This document shows positions 49,717-59,559 of a stretch of 64,000 bases of DNA, piece by piece. The notes under the pieces are model-generated. The model did no database searches and had not been told where the DNA came from. It saw only the letters and a program-made list of their open reading frames with translations. This DNA comes from Clostridia bacterium. GTDB lineage: Bacteria > Bacillota > Clostridia > CAKSNL01 > HGM11501. The position numbers were made by a program, and so were the translations under genes. The stretch lies in assembly GCA_045545475.1 (NCBI GenBank), contig JAZQAZ010000018.1, forward strand, positions 45,375-109,374, given 5' to 3'. Position 1 is the stretch's first letter. Each line of letters starts with the position of its first letter.

Positions 49717-50571
49717 ATGCGTTTTATAATAGTTACAGGTATGAGCGGTGCAGGAAGAACCCAGGCTTCGCATTGCATGGAAGATATGGGATATTACTGT
49801 ATTGATAATCTTCCTCCGGTTTTGATAGATAAATTTGCAGATATATGCGGTCATTCTCAGGGGAAACTTGAAAAAGTTGCCCTTGTAATGGACCTTCGAG
49901 GTGGTTATCTTTTTGAGCAGCTTACCGATGAACTTGAGAATTTAAAATTAAACGGCTATGAATACGAAATTCTTTTTCTCGATTCAAACGAAGAGACGTT
50001 GATTAAAAGATACAAGGAAACAAGAAGAAAGCATCCTCTGGCCTCCGAGGGCTCTATACTGGAAGGAATACGCAGAGAAAGGGAAATTTTAAGTCAGATA
50101 AAAGCTGTTTCTGACTACATTATAGATACATCAAATATGACTCTCGGAAACCTTAAAAAGAAAATGGAAGAGCTGTTTTCCTGCGGGGAAAATAAGGATA
50201 ACTTCCATGTGGAAGTGGAATCCTTCGGATTTAAATTCGGAATGGCTCTTGATGCGGATCTGGTGTTCGATGTGAGATTTTTGCCGAATCCCTATTATGT
50301 TGAAGAACTCAAAAAGAAAACCGGAACGGATAAAGAGGTTTGTGACTATGTATTCGGCGAAAAAGTTACATGGGAGTTTTGCGAAAAACTTTCCGATATG
50401 ATGGACTTTTTGATTCCAAAATACATGGAAGAAGGAAAGAACAATCTTGTTGTGGCAATCGGCTGTACGGGCGGTAAACACAGAAGCGTCGCCGTGGCAG
50501 AGCATCTTGCTTCATATCTTAGAGAAAATGGAAATAATGTAATAGTGACTCACAGGGATATTGACAGATAA
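49717..50571 (+). CDS. rapZ: RNase adapter RapZ / YvcJ
   Basis: VTGMSGAG, DNLPP, FDVRFLPNP, GCTGGKHRS. Confidence 0.95.
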   Translation: MRFIIVTGMSGAGRTQASHCMEDMGYYCIDNLPPVLIDKFADICGHSQGKLEKVALVMDLRGGYLFEQLTDELENLKLNGYEYEILFLDSNEETLIKRYKETRRKHPLASEGSILEGIRREREILSQIKAVSDYIIDTSNMTLGNLKKKMEELFSCGENKDNFHVEVESFGFKFGMALDADLVFDVRFLPNPYYVEELKKKTGTDKEVCDYVFGEKVTWEFCEKLSDMMDFLIPKYMEEGKNNLVVAIGCTGGKHRSVAVAEHLASYLRENGNNVIVTHRDIDR

Positions 50572-50597
50572 TTATAATTTGTAAAGGATGTAAGGGT

Positions 50598-51503
50598 ATG
50601 TCTTTTTCCTCTAAAATTAAAGACGAAATATTAAAAACAGACTGCAAAAACATGGGTTGCAGTCTTGCTTTTGTTGCGGGAATTTCGGCATTTGCTTTAA
50701 GCGTTGAAGATGAAAAAATTAAATTTTCCGTGGACAGCGAGGAAATGGGAAAGAGAATATCCTTTCTGTGTAAAAAACTTTTTTCTATAAAAGATGGAAA
50801 AATCGTAAAAAGCGGCACAGGGAGTGTCGGAAGAACTTTTGCTCTTGTTTATGAGGGCGATGAGGCCGAGGCTATCCTTAAAGGACTCTCTTCTGATAAC
50901 AGCATTTCTGATGGCTATATTGAAAACGATATTTCCGCATTTATTAATTCTGAAGAGCGTCGTTTTTTCATTATGGGAGCATATCTTGGCGGAGGATTTA
51001 TGATAGATCCGGAAAAGACGTACCATATTGAGTTCGTGGCGAAAAAAGAGCGTGCATTAGATGAGCTATCAATTATGCTTGATTCCTTTGGAGAAATACC
51101 GAAAAGAGTGAAAAGAGATAAATATCTTGTTATGTATCTTAAAAACTATGACAGCATAGAAAACATACTAAATATAATAAATGCACATAAATGCATGATG
51201 GAACTTGCCAATATAAAAATTGAGAAAGAGCAGAAAAACGAGCTTAACAGACTTAATAATTTTGAAGTTGCAAATTTAGGGAAAACCACATGGGCGGCAA
51301 AGCAAATTATTGAGGATATTGAAACTATAATGTATACAGTGGGGCTTGATTCGCTCCCTGACAGCTTACAGGAAATTGCCCTTCTGAGACTTGCGAATCC
51401 GGAAGAAAGCCTTGCTAAGCTTGCCGAACTTTCCGGCCTTTCCAGATCGGGAGTTAATCACAGGCTTAAAAAAATAACAGAGATTGCGAGGGAGCTTGAA
51501 TGA
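50598..51503 (+). CDS. whiA: DNA-binding protein WhiA
   Basis: MSFSSKIKDE, NRLNNFEVANL, SRSGVNHRL. Confidence 0.92.
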   Translation: MSFSSKIKDEILKTDCKNMGCSLAFVAGISAFALSVEDEKIKFSVDSEEMGKRISFLCKKLFSIKDGKIVKSGTGSVGRTFALVYEGDEAEAILKGLSSDNSISDGYIENDISAFINSEERRFFIMGAYLGGGFMIDPEKTYHIEFVAKKERALDELSIMLDSFGEIPKRVKRDKYLVMYLKNYDSIENILNIINAHKCMMELANIKIEKEQKNELNRLNNFEVANLGKTTWAAKQIIEDIETIMYTVGLDSLPDSLQEIALLRLANPEESLAKLAELSGLSRSGVNHRLKKITEIARELE

Positions 51504-54500
51504 GTTATACACACTTACATTTACATACCGAATACAGTTTGCTCGACGGTGCATGCCGTATTGAAAAGCTCCTTGACAGAGCAGTCGAACTTGGAATGAA
51601 GCACCTTGCCATAACAGATCACGGTGCCATGTATGGTGTAATTGATTTTTATCAGGCGGCAAAAGACAGAGGAATCCATCCTGTTATAGGGTGTGAGGTT
51701 TATACAGCAAGGCGAAGCCGCTTTGACAAAGAAAGCGGAATAGATAATAAGTATGGCCATTTAGTGCTTCTTGCAAAAAACCAGACAGGCTATAAAAATC
51801 TTATGTATTTATCTTCCGTGGGCTTTACAGAAGGTTTTTACTATAAACCGAGAATTGACATGGAAATTTTAAGAGAACATTCTGAAGGTCTTATCTGCCT
51901 GACAGCCTGCCTGAAGGGCGATGTGCCTTATCTTCTTCTTGAAGGAGATAAGGAAAAAGCTAAGGAACGCTTGCTTGAATATAAGAATATTTTCGGAAAC
52001 GATAACGTATATATTGAAATACAGGACCACGGAATTGCGGAACAGCGTGAGGTAAATCCCATGCTTATTTCTCTTGCCAGGGAAACAGATACAAAAATTG
52101 TTGCCACAAATGACGTGCATTACATAAGGAAAGAGGATGCTAAATATCAGGATGTACTTCTCTGCATCCAGACAGGGCACACCTTGGATGAAGAAAACCG
52201 TATGAAAATGAGTACGGAGGAGTTTTATTTAAAGTCCGAAGACGAAATGAGGGAGATATTTTCCTACATTCCCGAAGCTATTTTAAATACCGAAAAAGTA
52301 GCAGAACAGTGCAATGTGGAGTTTGACTTTTCAAAATCCCATCTTCCTAAATTTGACGTGCCGGACGGCAAAACTTCGGAACAATATTTAAGGGAACTTT
52401 GCGAAGCGGGACTTATCGAGCGTTACGGCGAAATTTCAGACAATATCTATAAAGAAAGGCTTGATTATGAACTCGACGTTATAACATCCATGGGCTATAC
52501 CGACTACTTTCTGATTGTGTGGGATTTTATCCGCTTTGCCAGAAGTGAGAAAATTATGGTTGGTCCCGGTCGTGGAAGTGGTGCGGGAAGTATGGTGGCA
52601 TACACTCTTCATATAACAAATGTTGACCCTATAAAGTACAATCTGCTTTTTGAGAGATTTCTTAACTCTGAACGTATCAGTATGCCCGATATAGATATAG
52701 ATTTCTGCTATGAGCGTCGAGGAGAGGTAATTGACTACGTTAACCGGAAATATGGCTCTGACCATGTGTGTCAGATTATTGCTTTCGGTACCATGGCGGC
52801 ACGAGGTGCCGTTCGTGACGTAGGACGAGTTCTCGGTATGAGCTATGCGGATGTGGATGTTATTGCAAAATTAATCCCAAAAGAGCTTAAAATGACCATA
52901 GAAAAGGCAATAGAGGTAAGTCCTAAGCTTAAGGAGGCTTACGATTCCGCAGAAGAGGTTAAAAATCTTCTTGATACCGCAATGGCACTTGAGGGAATAC
53001 CAAGAAATACTTCAACTCATGCGGCAGGAGTTGTCATTACGGATGATCCCGTAAGAGAAAGCGTACCGCTTCAGCTTAATGATGATGTCATAACAACACA
53101 GTTTGCAATGGGAAACCTTGAAAAACTTGGCGTTCTTAAAATGGACTTTCTTGGCCTTCGCACGCTTACGGTTATCCGTGATGCGGTTGCTAATGTGAAA
53201 AAGACCAGGGGAATAGAGATTGATATAGATCATATAGATTTCAATATTCCTGAGGTTTACAAAATGATTGCCGACGGAGACACCGCGGGAGTATTCCAGC
53301 TTGAAAGTCGTGGCATGACATCATTTATGAAGGAGCTTGCTCCTGCGTCAATGGAAGATATAATAGCAGGAATTGCACTCTATCGTCCGGGACCCATGGA
53401 CTTTATTCCTCGTTATATTAAAAATAAGAAAAACGAGGACAGTATTGTTTATAAGACTCCTTTGCTTGAACCGATTTTATCCATGACCTACGGATGTATC
53501 GTATACCAGGAACAGGTAATGCAGATAGTTCGTGAACTTGGCGGATACAGCTTGGGAAGAGCAGACCTTGTTCGCCGTGCCATGAGTAAAAAGAAGATGG
53601 ATGTCATGGAGAAAGAACGTAAAAACTTTATTTACGGCTCGGCTGAAGAAAATGTTCCCGGTGCTCTTTCAAAAGGCGTTTCGGAAGAAGCGGCAGGCGA
53701 AGTGTTTGATGAAATGATTGACTTTGCAAAATACGCTTTCAATAAGTCTCATGCAACAGTTTATGCAGTTGTGGCATATCAGACGGCATATCTTAAATAT
53801 TATTATCCTGTTGAGTTTATGGCGGCAATGCTTACAAGCGAACAGGGAGATAGCGATAAGGTTGCAAATTATATCCGTTATTGTGCAGAGACAGGCATAA
53901 AAATCCTTCCTCCGGATGTAAATAAGAGCAGCGATGTATTTTTGGTTGAAGACGGAGGAATACGTTTTTCAATGGCAGCAATAAAAAATGTCGGAAGAAG
54001 CATAATAATCAGCTCTGTAAAGGAGAGAGAAGAAAACGGAGAGTTTACTTCGATAACAGATTATTGTCGCAGAATGAAAAGTGCCGATGTTAATAAACGT
54101 GCGGTCGAAGGTCTTATAAAATGCGGTGCATTTGATTTTATCGGAGCAAACAGAATGCAGATGCTCGCGGCGTATGAAGGTATTCTTTCCGGAATTTCCA
54201 AGGATGCGAAAAATAATTTAGACGGACAGATGAATCTTTTCTTTGACGACGATGATGAAGAAAAAGAATCCGATAAGGATGATTTTCCGAATATTCCCGA
54301 TTGCAATCCCAAGGTACGTCTTGCAATGGAAAAGGAAGCGGCAGGAATTTATCTTACCGGACATCCTTTGGAAGAATATGTTCTTCAAATAAAAAACTCC
54401 GGAGCAGTGCCTCTTAATTTATTAAAAGAATGTGCCGCTATGTTTGCAGACGGAGATTATACCAGCCTTTCCGTTAAGGATGGAGAAATGATTAATATTT

Positions 54501-54943
54501 GCGGAATCGTTTCCGATAAAAAGGAAAAGGTTACGAAGTCAGGGCAGATTATGGCATTTTTGAATATCGAGGATATGACAGGCAACTTAAGAGTTGTACT
54601 TTTCCCGAAAACCCTTAAGGAGTGCGAAGAGCATACCACGGAAGATTCTGTAGTTATGATAAGGGGAAGAATAAACTACCGTGATGACGGAAGCTGTGAA
54701 ATGATGGCGGAAAGCCTGTCGCCCGTCAAAGAGCTTAATTCTGAGCCTTTGATTATTGAAATTGAAGACCCCCTGGTTCTTGACAGGATAAACGAAGCTG
54801 TGCGTAAAAACAAAGGTGATGTGCCTCTGTTCATAAGCTATGAGGGCAAAGTTATACAGTCTGTTTATCTTGTAAACCGAACAGATGGACTTGTGAAATA
54901 CCTTGAAAATGCCGGTTGCAGCATAAAAAAGGCTGAAAAATAA
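51500..54943 (+). CDS. dnaE: DNA polymerase III alpha subunit
   Basis: HLHTEYSLLDG, GPGRGSGAGS, SMPDIDIDF, YAFNKSH. Confidence 0.97.
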   Translation: MSYTHLHLHTEYSLLDGACRIEKLLDRAVELGMKHLAITDHGAMYGVIDFYQAAKDRGIHPVIGCEVYTARRSRFDKESGIDNKYGHLVLLAKNQTGYKNLMYLSSVGFTEGFYYKPRIDMEILREHSEGLICLTACLKGDVPYLLLEGDKEKAKERLLEYKNIFGNDNVYIEIQDHGIAEQREVNPMLISLARETDTKIVATNDVHYIRKEDAKYQDVLLCIQTGHTLDEENRMKMSTEEFYLKSEDEMREIFSYIPEAILNTEKVAEQCNVEFDFSKSHLPKFDVPDGKTSEQYLRELCEAGLIERYGEISDNIYKERLDYELDVITSMGYTDYFLIVWDFIRFARSEKIMVGPGRGSGAGSMVAYTLHITNVDPIKYNLLFERFLNSERISMPDIDIDFCYERRGEVIDYVNRKYGSDHVCQIIAFGTMAARGAVRDVGRVLGMSYADVDVIAKLIPKELKMTIEKAIEVSPKLKEAYDSAEEVKNLLDTAMALEGIPRNTSTHAAGVVITDDPVRESVPLQLNDDVITTQFAMGNLEKLGVLKMDFLGLRTLTVIRDAVANVKKTRGIEIDIDHIDFNIPEVYKMIADGDTAGVFQLESRGMTSFMKELAPASMEDIIAGIALYRPGPMDFIPRYIKNKKNEDSIVYKTPLLEPILSMTYGCIVYQEQVMQIVRELGGYSLGRADLVRRAMSKKKMDVMEKERKNFIYGSAEENVPGALSKGVSEEAAGEVFDEMIDFAKYAFNKSHATVYAVVAYQTAYLKYYYPVEFMAAMLTSEQGDSDKVANYIRYCAETGIKILPPDVNKSSDVFLVEDGGIRFSMAAIKNVGRSIIISSVKEREENGEFTSITDYCRRMKSADVNKRAVEGLIKCGAFDFIGANRMQMLAAYEGILSGISKDAKNNLDGQMNLFFDDDDEEKESDKDDFPNIPDCNPKVRLAMEKEAAGIYLTGHPLEEYVLQIKNSGAVPLNLLKECAAMFADGDYTSLSVKDGEMINICGIVSDKKEKVTKSGQIMAFLNIEDMTGNLRVVLFPKTLKECEEHTTEDSVVMIRGRINYRDDGSCEMMAESLSPVKELNSEPLIIEIEDPLVLDRINEAVRKNKGDVPLFISYEGKVIQSVYLVNRTDGLVKYLENAGCSIKKAEK

Positions 54944-55021
54944 AATTTACTTGATTTTTTTATCATTATATTATATAATACCTTTATATTGAAATAAAAC
55001 CTATGTTTGGAGGTGTAGCCA

Positions 55022-55219
55022 ATGTGGACAGTTATTTATATGGTTCAAAGTATTGAAGATGCTAATAATTTGCGAATGCTTCTTGAAGATGCGAATATAC
55101 TGGTCAAAATAAAACCTGTCACAAAAGCTGCCGAAGGCGAGGCCAATGCATATGAAATTCTGATTCCCGAAACGGAAAAAGAGGAAGCTCATAAAATTAT
55201 TATAGGAAGCGGTTATTAA
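55022..55219 (+). CDS. Small conserved DUF2007-like protein
   Basis: RBS GGAGG; MWTVIY..LEDANILVK..YEILIP pattern. Confidence 0.7.
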   Translation: MWTVIYMVQSIEDANNLRMLLEDANILVKIKPVTKAAEGEANAYEILIPETEKEEAHKIIIGSGY

Positions 55220-55224
55220 GAGAT

Positions 55225-55263
55225 AAAAAGGTGGGAAAAGTGCAAACTTTTCACACCTTTTTT
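55225..55263 (+). terminator. Intrinsic terminator
   Basis: AAAAAGGTGGGAAAAGT/ACTTTTCACACCTTTTT. Confidence 0.7.
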
Positions 55264-55364
55264 GTATAAAGCAAAAAATAATGTCAAAAAATGAAAAATA
55301 CTCTTGATAATTTCTTCACATAGTGTTATAATATTATAGGATTTTTTTGAAAGGAGATATAAAC

Positions 55365-56057
55365 ATGAATTATTCACACGAAGTAGAAAACATGTGCATC
55401 GTGAAGAAAGATGCATGTCACAAGCCTGCGCCCATTCCTCAGGAAGGAAAGTGGACAAAGGCAACTGAAATCAAGGACATCAGCGGCCTTACACACGGTG
55501 TTGGCTGGTGCGCACCTCAGCAGGGTATGTGTAAGCTTACCTTAAATGTTAAGGAGGGCGTAATTGAAGAAGCATTGGTTGAAACCTGCGGATGCTCCGG
55601 TATGACTCACTCTGCTGCGATGGCAGGCGAAATTCTTCCCGGAAAGACAATTTTAGAGGCATTAAACTCTGACCTTGTTTGCGATGCGATAAACACAGCT
55701 ATGAGAGAGCTCTTCTTACAGATCGTATACGGAAGAAGCCAGACAGCTTTCTCCGAGGGCGGTCTTCCCATCGGTGCAGGTCTTGAAGACCTTGGTAAGG
55801 GACTTAGAAGCCAGATCGGTACAATCTTCTCTACAAAGGCTAAGGGCGTTAGATACTTAGAGCTTGCAGAAGGTTACATAACAAACATCGCTCTTGATAA
55901 GGACGATTGCGTAATCGGTTATAAGTTTGTTCATCTCGGAAAGATGATGGATATGATTAAAAAGGGTATGAGTGCTGATGAAGCTCTCGTTAAGGCATCC
56001 GGTCAGTACGGACGTTTTGACGACGCTGCAAAGGTTATCGACCCCAGAGAAGAATAA
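55365..56057 (+). CDS. NifU/IscU-like Fe-S scaffold-type protein, partner of GGGtGRT
   Basis: HGVGWCAPQQGMCK, GCSGMTHS, LVCDAIN; RBS-supported ATG at 55365. Confidence 0.85.
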   Translation: MNYSHEVENMCIVKKDACHKPAPIPQEGKWTKATEIKDISGLTHGVGWCAPQQGMCKLTLNVKEGVIEEALVETCGCSGMTHSAAMAGEILPGKTILEALNSDLVCDAINTAMRELFLQIVYGRSQTAFSEGGLPIGAGLEDLGKGLRSQIGTIFSTKAKGVRYLELAEGYITNIALDKDDCVIGYKFVHLGKMMDMIKKGMSADEALVKASGQYGRFDDAAKVIDPREE

Positions 56058-56074
56058 TAAGGAGGATACTGAAA

Positions 56075-57073
56075 ATGGCTTTATTTGAAAGTTATGATAG
56101 AAGAATTAAGCAGATCAACGAAGCTCTTTCTAAGTATTCTATAGCTTCTATTGAAGATGCAAAGAAAATCTGCGACGAAAAGGGCATTGACGTTGCAGGT
56201 ATCGTTAAGGGCATTCAGCCCATCTGCTTTGAAAACGCTTGCTGGGCTTACATCGTAGGTGCTGCAATCGCAATCAAGAAGGGTGTTAAAACTGCAGCTG
56301 ATGCAGCTACTGCAATCGGCGAAGGTCTTCAGTCCTTCTGTATTCCCGGATCCGTTGCTGACGACAGAAAAGTTGGTCTCGGTCACGGTAACCTTGCTGC
56401 TATGCTTCTTACAGAAGACACAAAGTGCTTTGCTTTCTTAGCAGGTCACGAGTCTTTCGCAGCAGCTGAAGGTGCAATCGGTATTGCAAGAAGTGCAAAC
56501 AAGGTTCGTAAGGAACCCTTAAGAGTTATCCTTAACGGTCTCGGTAAGGACGCTGCTCAGATAATCTACAGAATCAACGGCTTTACTTTCGTTGAAACAG
56601 AGTTCGATTACTATACAGGCGAGCTTAAGATTGTTTCCGAAAAGGCATATTCTGACGGTGAAAGAGCAAAGGTTCGTTGCTACGGTGCGGACGATGTTCG
56701 TGAAGGTGTTGCAATCATGCATAAGGAAGGCGTTGACGTTTCCATCACAGGTAACTCCACCAACCCCACAAGATTCCAGCATCCCGTTGCAGGTACATAC
56801 AAGAAGGAGTGCATCGAGCTTGGCAAGAAGTACTTCTCTGTTGCATCCGGTGGCGGTACAGGTAGAACACTTCATCCCGATAACATGGCTGCAGGCCCCG
56901 CTTCCTACGGCATGACAGATACAATGGGAAGAATGCATTCCGACGCTCAGTTCGCAGGTTCTTCTTCTGTTCCTGCTCACGTTGAAATGATGGGACTTAT
57001 CGGTGCCGGTAACAACCCCATGGTTGGTATGACAGTTGCTGTTGCAGTTGCTATTGAAGAAGCTTGCAAGTAA
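56075..57073 (+). CDS. GGGtGRT family protein
   Basis: Signature SVASGGGTGRTLHPDN. Confidence 0.93.
   Translation: MALFESYDRRIKQINEALSKYSIASIEDAKKICDEKGIDVAGIVKGIQPICFENACWAYIVGAAIAIKKGVKTAADAATAIGEGLQSFCIPGSVADDRKVGLGHGNLAAMLLTEDTKCFAFLAGHESFAAAEGAIGIARSANKVRKEPLRVILNGLGKDAAQIIYRINGFTFVETEFDYYTGELKIVSEKAYSDGERAKVRCYGADDVREGVAIMHKEGVDVSITGNSTNPTRFQHPVAGTYKKECIELGKKYFSVASGGGTGRTLHPDNMAAGPASYGMTDTMGRMHSDAQFAGSSSVPAHVEMMGLIGAGNNPMVGMTVAVAVAIEEACK
56970..57073 (+). repeat. 104-bp direct repeat, copy 1 (3' end of the GGGtGRT gene)
   Basis: Ungapped match to 59089..59192, 93/104 identical by manual count. Confidence 0.95.
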
Positions 57074-57085
57074 GTTGTAAAAATT

Positions 57086-57115
57086 AAAAGCATCCGCATA
57101 GCGGGTGCTTTTTTT
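57086..57115 (+). terminator. Intrinsic terminator after GGGtGRT
   Basis: AAAAGCATCCGC/GCGGGTGCTTTT plus T-run. Confidence 0.8.
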
Positions 57116-57275
57116 ATGTTTTAAAATTATGTAGGGGAGGTCTTTTAGCCCCTTTTATTATAGAAACCGTCTATAAATATGTTTCTCTTTTGGAAAAATA
57201 GATAAAATTTAAGTCAGACTTTTAACACCGATTATTATAAAATATTAGTGTTAATTGTCTGACTTTATTTAGTTT

Positions 57276-58745
57276 TTAATCGTGTAAAAACATTATCATA
57301 ATATAAACCTTTTCACTGATATCATCAAGATTCCATGATACACTCAAACGGTTATTTTGAGCATTATTTAATATATAAATATGTGATATATCCTTAAAGG
57401 GGGCGACTAATTCAGAGCCGGATACTTTTAATTTTTCTAAACCGAGTTCATTATCCAAATATTCTATATACGGTTTAAAATGGTTCTCGTATGCCTCTAT
57501 ATTTGTTTTTGCTGGCATTGGGAACTCGTAAATATAAACGGAATATCCCGGCACATATCCTTCTTTTTTATCGTTAGACAGTACAGTGGCTGATGATGTA
57601 CATTGTGCTCCAGTTACGGATGTTAGTGTTCTTAACATAGGATAATGATTTTTATCGACATAAAAATCATTTGGTGTAAGAGTCAAAAGTTCATTGACTT
57701 CTGAAAGACATTTTTCTTTGTGTCCGTTAATTTCGCCTTTATTATACGTATAAGTGTATCCACTATTTACTTTTTCTAAAGTCAATTTGTTATCGCTTAT
57801 TTCCACAATGTTGAAAGACTCATCAATATCAGTCACACTACAGCCACCATCTATATATTGTATATATTTTCTTGAAGAAATATTTATACAATTCCCGTTC
57901 TCAGCAAAAGAAATAATACCTTTTTTGTAAATTGAAGCACCAAAGTCTCCGTCACTTACATAGTATTCTGAAAATTGATTTCCGTCTATAACTATTTCAG
58001 TACGGATTTCGTCAAATTTATTTTCTTCATAATTCCAAAAAGATTGTTTTACTGAATGCCATGTTCCTTGTAACTTATCTAGTGTGGAAGTTAATTTAAA
58101 TTCTTTTCGTAATGATTTGTCTACTACTCTTGTTATGATTGCGGCAACCTCACTTCTTTTTATGGTACTGGATTGATTAAATGTTCCGTATTCATCACTA
58201 CCAGAAAGAATTCCTGCATTGTATAATGGATATACAGCAAAATCATATTTGTCGGCATCTGGAATTGTTCCAATAGCAATGTTGTTAATTGGTTCAAATT
58301 CTTCTAAAGGCAATGTACTATACAAAATCCAAGCGAATTGTCCACGGGTAACTTTAGAATTGTATTCAAGCTCAAAAGAAATGAGCCTATTTTCGGTATT
58401 ATAATCAAAATATGTTTGATACCACGGTGTGCTATTTTTAAATTCATAATTGTTTCCATTGTAAATACTATGAATTCTACAAGATAATGCAACGATTTCG
58501 GCAAAAGTTAATTCTAAATCAGGAGAAAATGTTGTTTCGCTTGTACCACTTATTAATCCGAGTTCATACGCCTTTTTTACATTTTCAGCAAACCAATCAT
58601 TTGTTGAAACATCAGAAAATTGTCCGTCTGTATAGGTTTTAGTTTCTTTGAAGTTTGACATACTCCCATTTGTATCAGCAAAAACAACTTGAATAGTTGA
58701 GAATACCAATATAAATGATAATAACAATGATATAATTTTTTTCAC
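57276..58745 (-). CDS. Secreted S-layer-homology domain protein with unknown C-terminal region
   Basis: Signal peptide; FSDVSTNDWF..GLISG..FSPD and AGILSG..IKRSEVAAII. Confidence 0.85.
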   Translation of the reverse strand: MKKIISLLLSFILVFSTIQVVFADTNGSMSNFKETKTYTDGQFSDVSTNDWFAENVKKAYELGLISGTSETTFSPDLELTFAEIVALSCRIHSIYNGNNYEFKNSTPWYQTYFDYNTENRLISFELEYNSKVTRGQFAWILYSTLPLEEFEPINNIAIGTIPDADKYDFAVYPLYNAGILSGSDEYGTFNQSSTIKRSEVAAIITRVVDKSLRKEFKLTSTLDKLQGTWHSVKQSFWNYEENKFDEIRTEIVIDGNQFSEYYVSDGDFGASIYKKGIISFAENGNCINISSRKYIQYIDGGCSVTDIDESFNIVEISDNKLTLEKVNSGYTYTYNKGEINGHKEKCLSEVNELLTLTPNDFYVDKNHYPMLRTLTSVTGAQCTSSATVLSNDKKEGYVPGYSVYIYEFPMPAKTNIEAYENHFKPYIEYLDNELGLEKLKVSGSELVAPFKDISHIYILNNAQNNRLSVSWNLDDISEKVYIMIMFLHD

Positions 58746-58817
58746 AATAAAAATCCTTTCTGTATGTATTTTGTTTTATATTATTTTAATTTCTTCTCCT
58801 TTCTAAATTCTCACACA

Positions 58818-59037
58818 ATAAAAAATGCGTGGCAAGAAATCTTACCACGCATAAAAACGAGGCTTGATTCCTGGTTACCACACACAACAATCAAATATGA
58901 ATAGCACACGACAAAACATATTTCAGCCTACGTTTTTAACGGACATAAAATATCGTGTGCTACCATAAAATGAGCAACACAAAAAAAGATATTCGCAAAA
59001 TATCATATTCATATTATTAAATTGTTGTATGTGGTGC
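58818..59037 (-). ncRNA. Candidate structured 5' leader / attenuator RNA
   Basis: Long closing stem, inner stem and terminator between the promoter and the SLH gene. Confidence 0.5.
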
Positions 59038-59041
59038 TTTA

Positions 59042-59070
59042 AGTATACTCTTTTTTTATATTGAAGTCAA
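59042..59070 (-). promoter_or_regulatory. SigA promoter of the islet leader and SLH gene
   Basis: TTGACT-N17-TATACT on the minus strand. Confidence 0.72.
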
Positions 59071-59088
59071 GTTATTCTTATATAATCA

Positions 59089-59192
59089 TTCCTGCTCACG
59101 TTGAAATGATGGGACTTATCGGTGCTGGTAACAACCCACAGGCTTAAATGACTGTTGCTGTTGCAGTTGCTATCGAAGAAGCTTGCAAATAA
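59089..59192 (+). pseudogene. Duplicate 3' fragment of the GGGtGRT gene (repeat copy 2)
   Basis: Reads PAHVEMMGLIGAGNNPQA*MTVAVAVAIEEACK*, with an in-frame stop in the altered block. Confidence 0.9.
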
Positions 59193-59211
59193 TAGTATTT
59201 ACAAGGGTTTC

Positions 59212-59245
59212 AAAGACTTGTGTTAGAAATAGCACAAGTCTTTTT
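59212..59245 (+). terminator. Terminator after the duplicated gene end
   Basis: AAAGACTTGTGTTA/TAGCACAAGTCTTT plus Ts. Confidence 0.75.
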
Positions 59246-59376
59246 GTATAAAGAAAACCACGCGATAGTCGCGTGGTTCAAAAAAGGTTAACCGATAAAC
59301 AGATGGAAAAGTAAAGTATACAAAAAAGTATATTATTGAGCAACATTGTTGCATAGCACAAATAAATTGTTGGAAA

Positions 59377-59559
59377 GCCTTCCCCTTGAGGGGAAGGTGG
59401 GTGTAGGCAAAATAAGTTTATTTTGCCAAAACTCGGATGAGGTGGTAATGTAGACACTAAAAGACTTTATAATAAACACCTCATCAGTCTCGCCTTGCTC
59501 GACAGCCGAAGCAAAATTTGCAAATCTGTGAAATTTTGCCAAGCCCTCAAGGGGAAGCC
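59377..59559. repeat. REP/MITE-like nested palindromic element
   Basis: Perfect 14-bp inverted repeat CTTCCCCTTGAGGG (59379-59392) / CCCTCAAGGGGAAG (59544-59557); inner GATGAGGTG/CACCTCATC. Confidence 0.7.

Larger units (their letters stand above)
57074..59088. mobile_element. AT-rich islet, probable remnant of an element integrated at the GGGtGRT 3' end
   Basis: Bounded by the 104-bp direct repeats; visibly lower GC; single cargo gene; no integrase. Confidence 0.6.

Noticed and set aside
55022-55219. Glutamate decarboxylase label often given to this family
   Set aside because: At 65 aa it cannot be a PLP enzyme.
12266-59192. Serine recombinase as the integrase for the GGGtGRT repeat
   Set aside because: About 43 kb apart, and long gene-end duplications fit tyrosine integrases better than serine recombinases.
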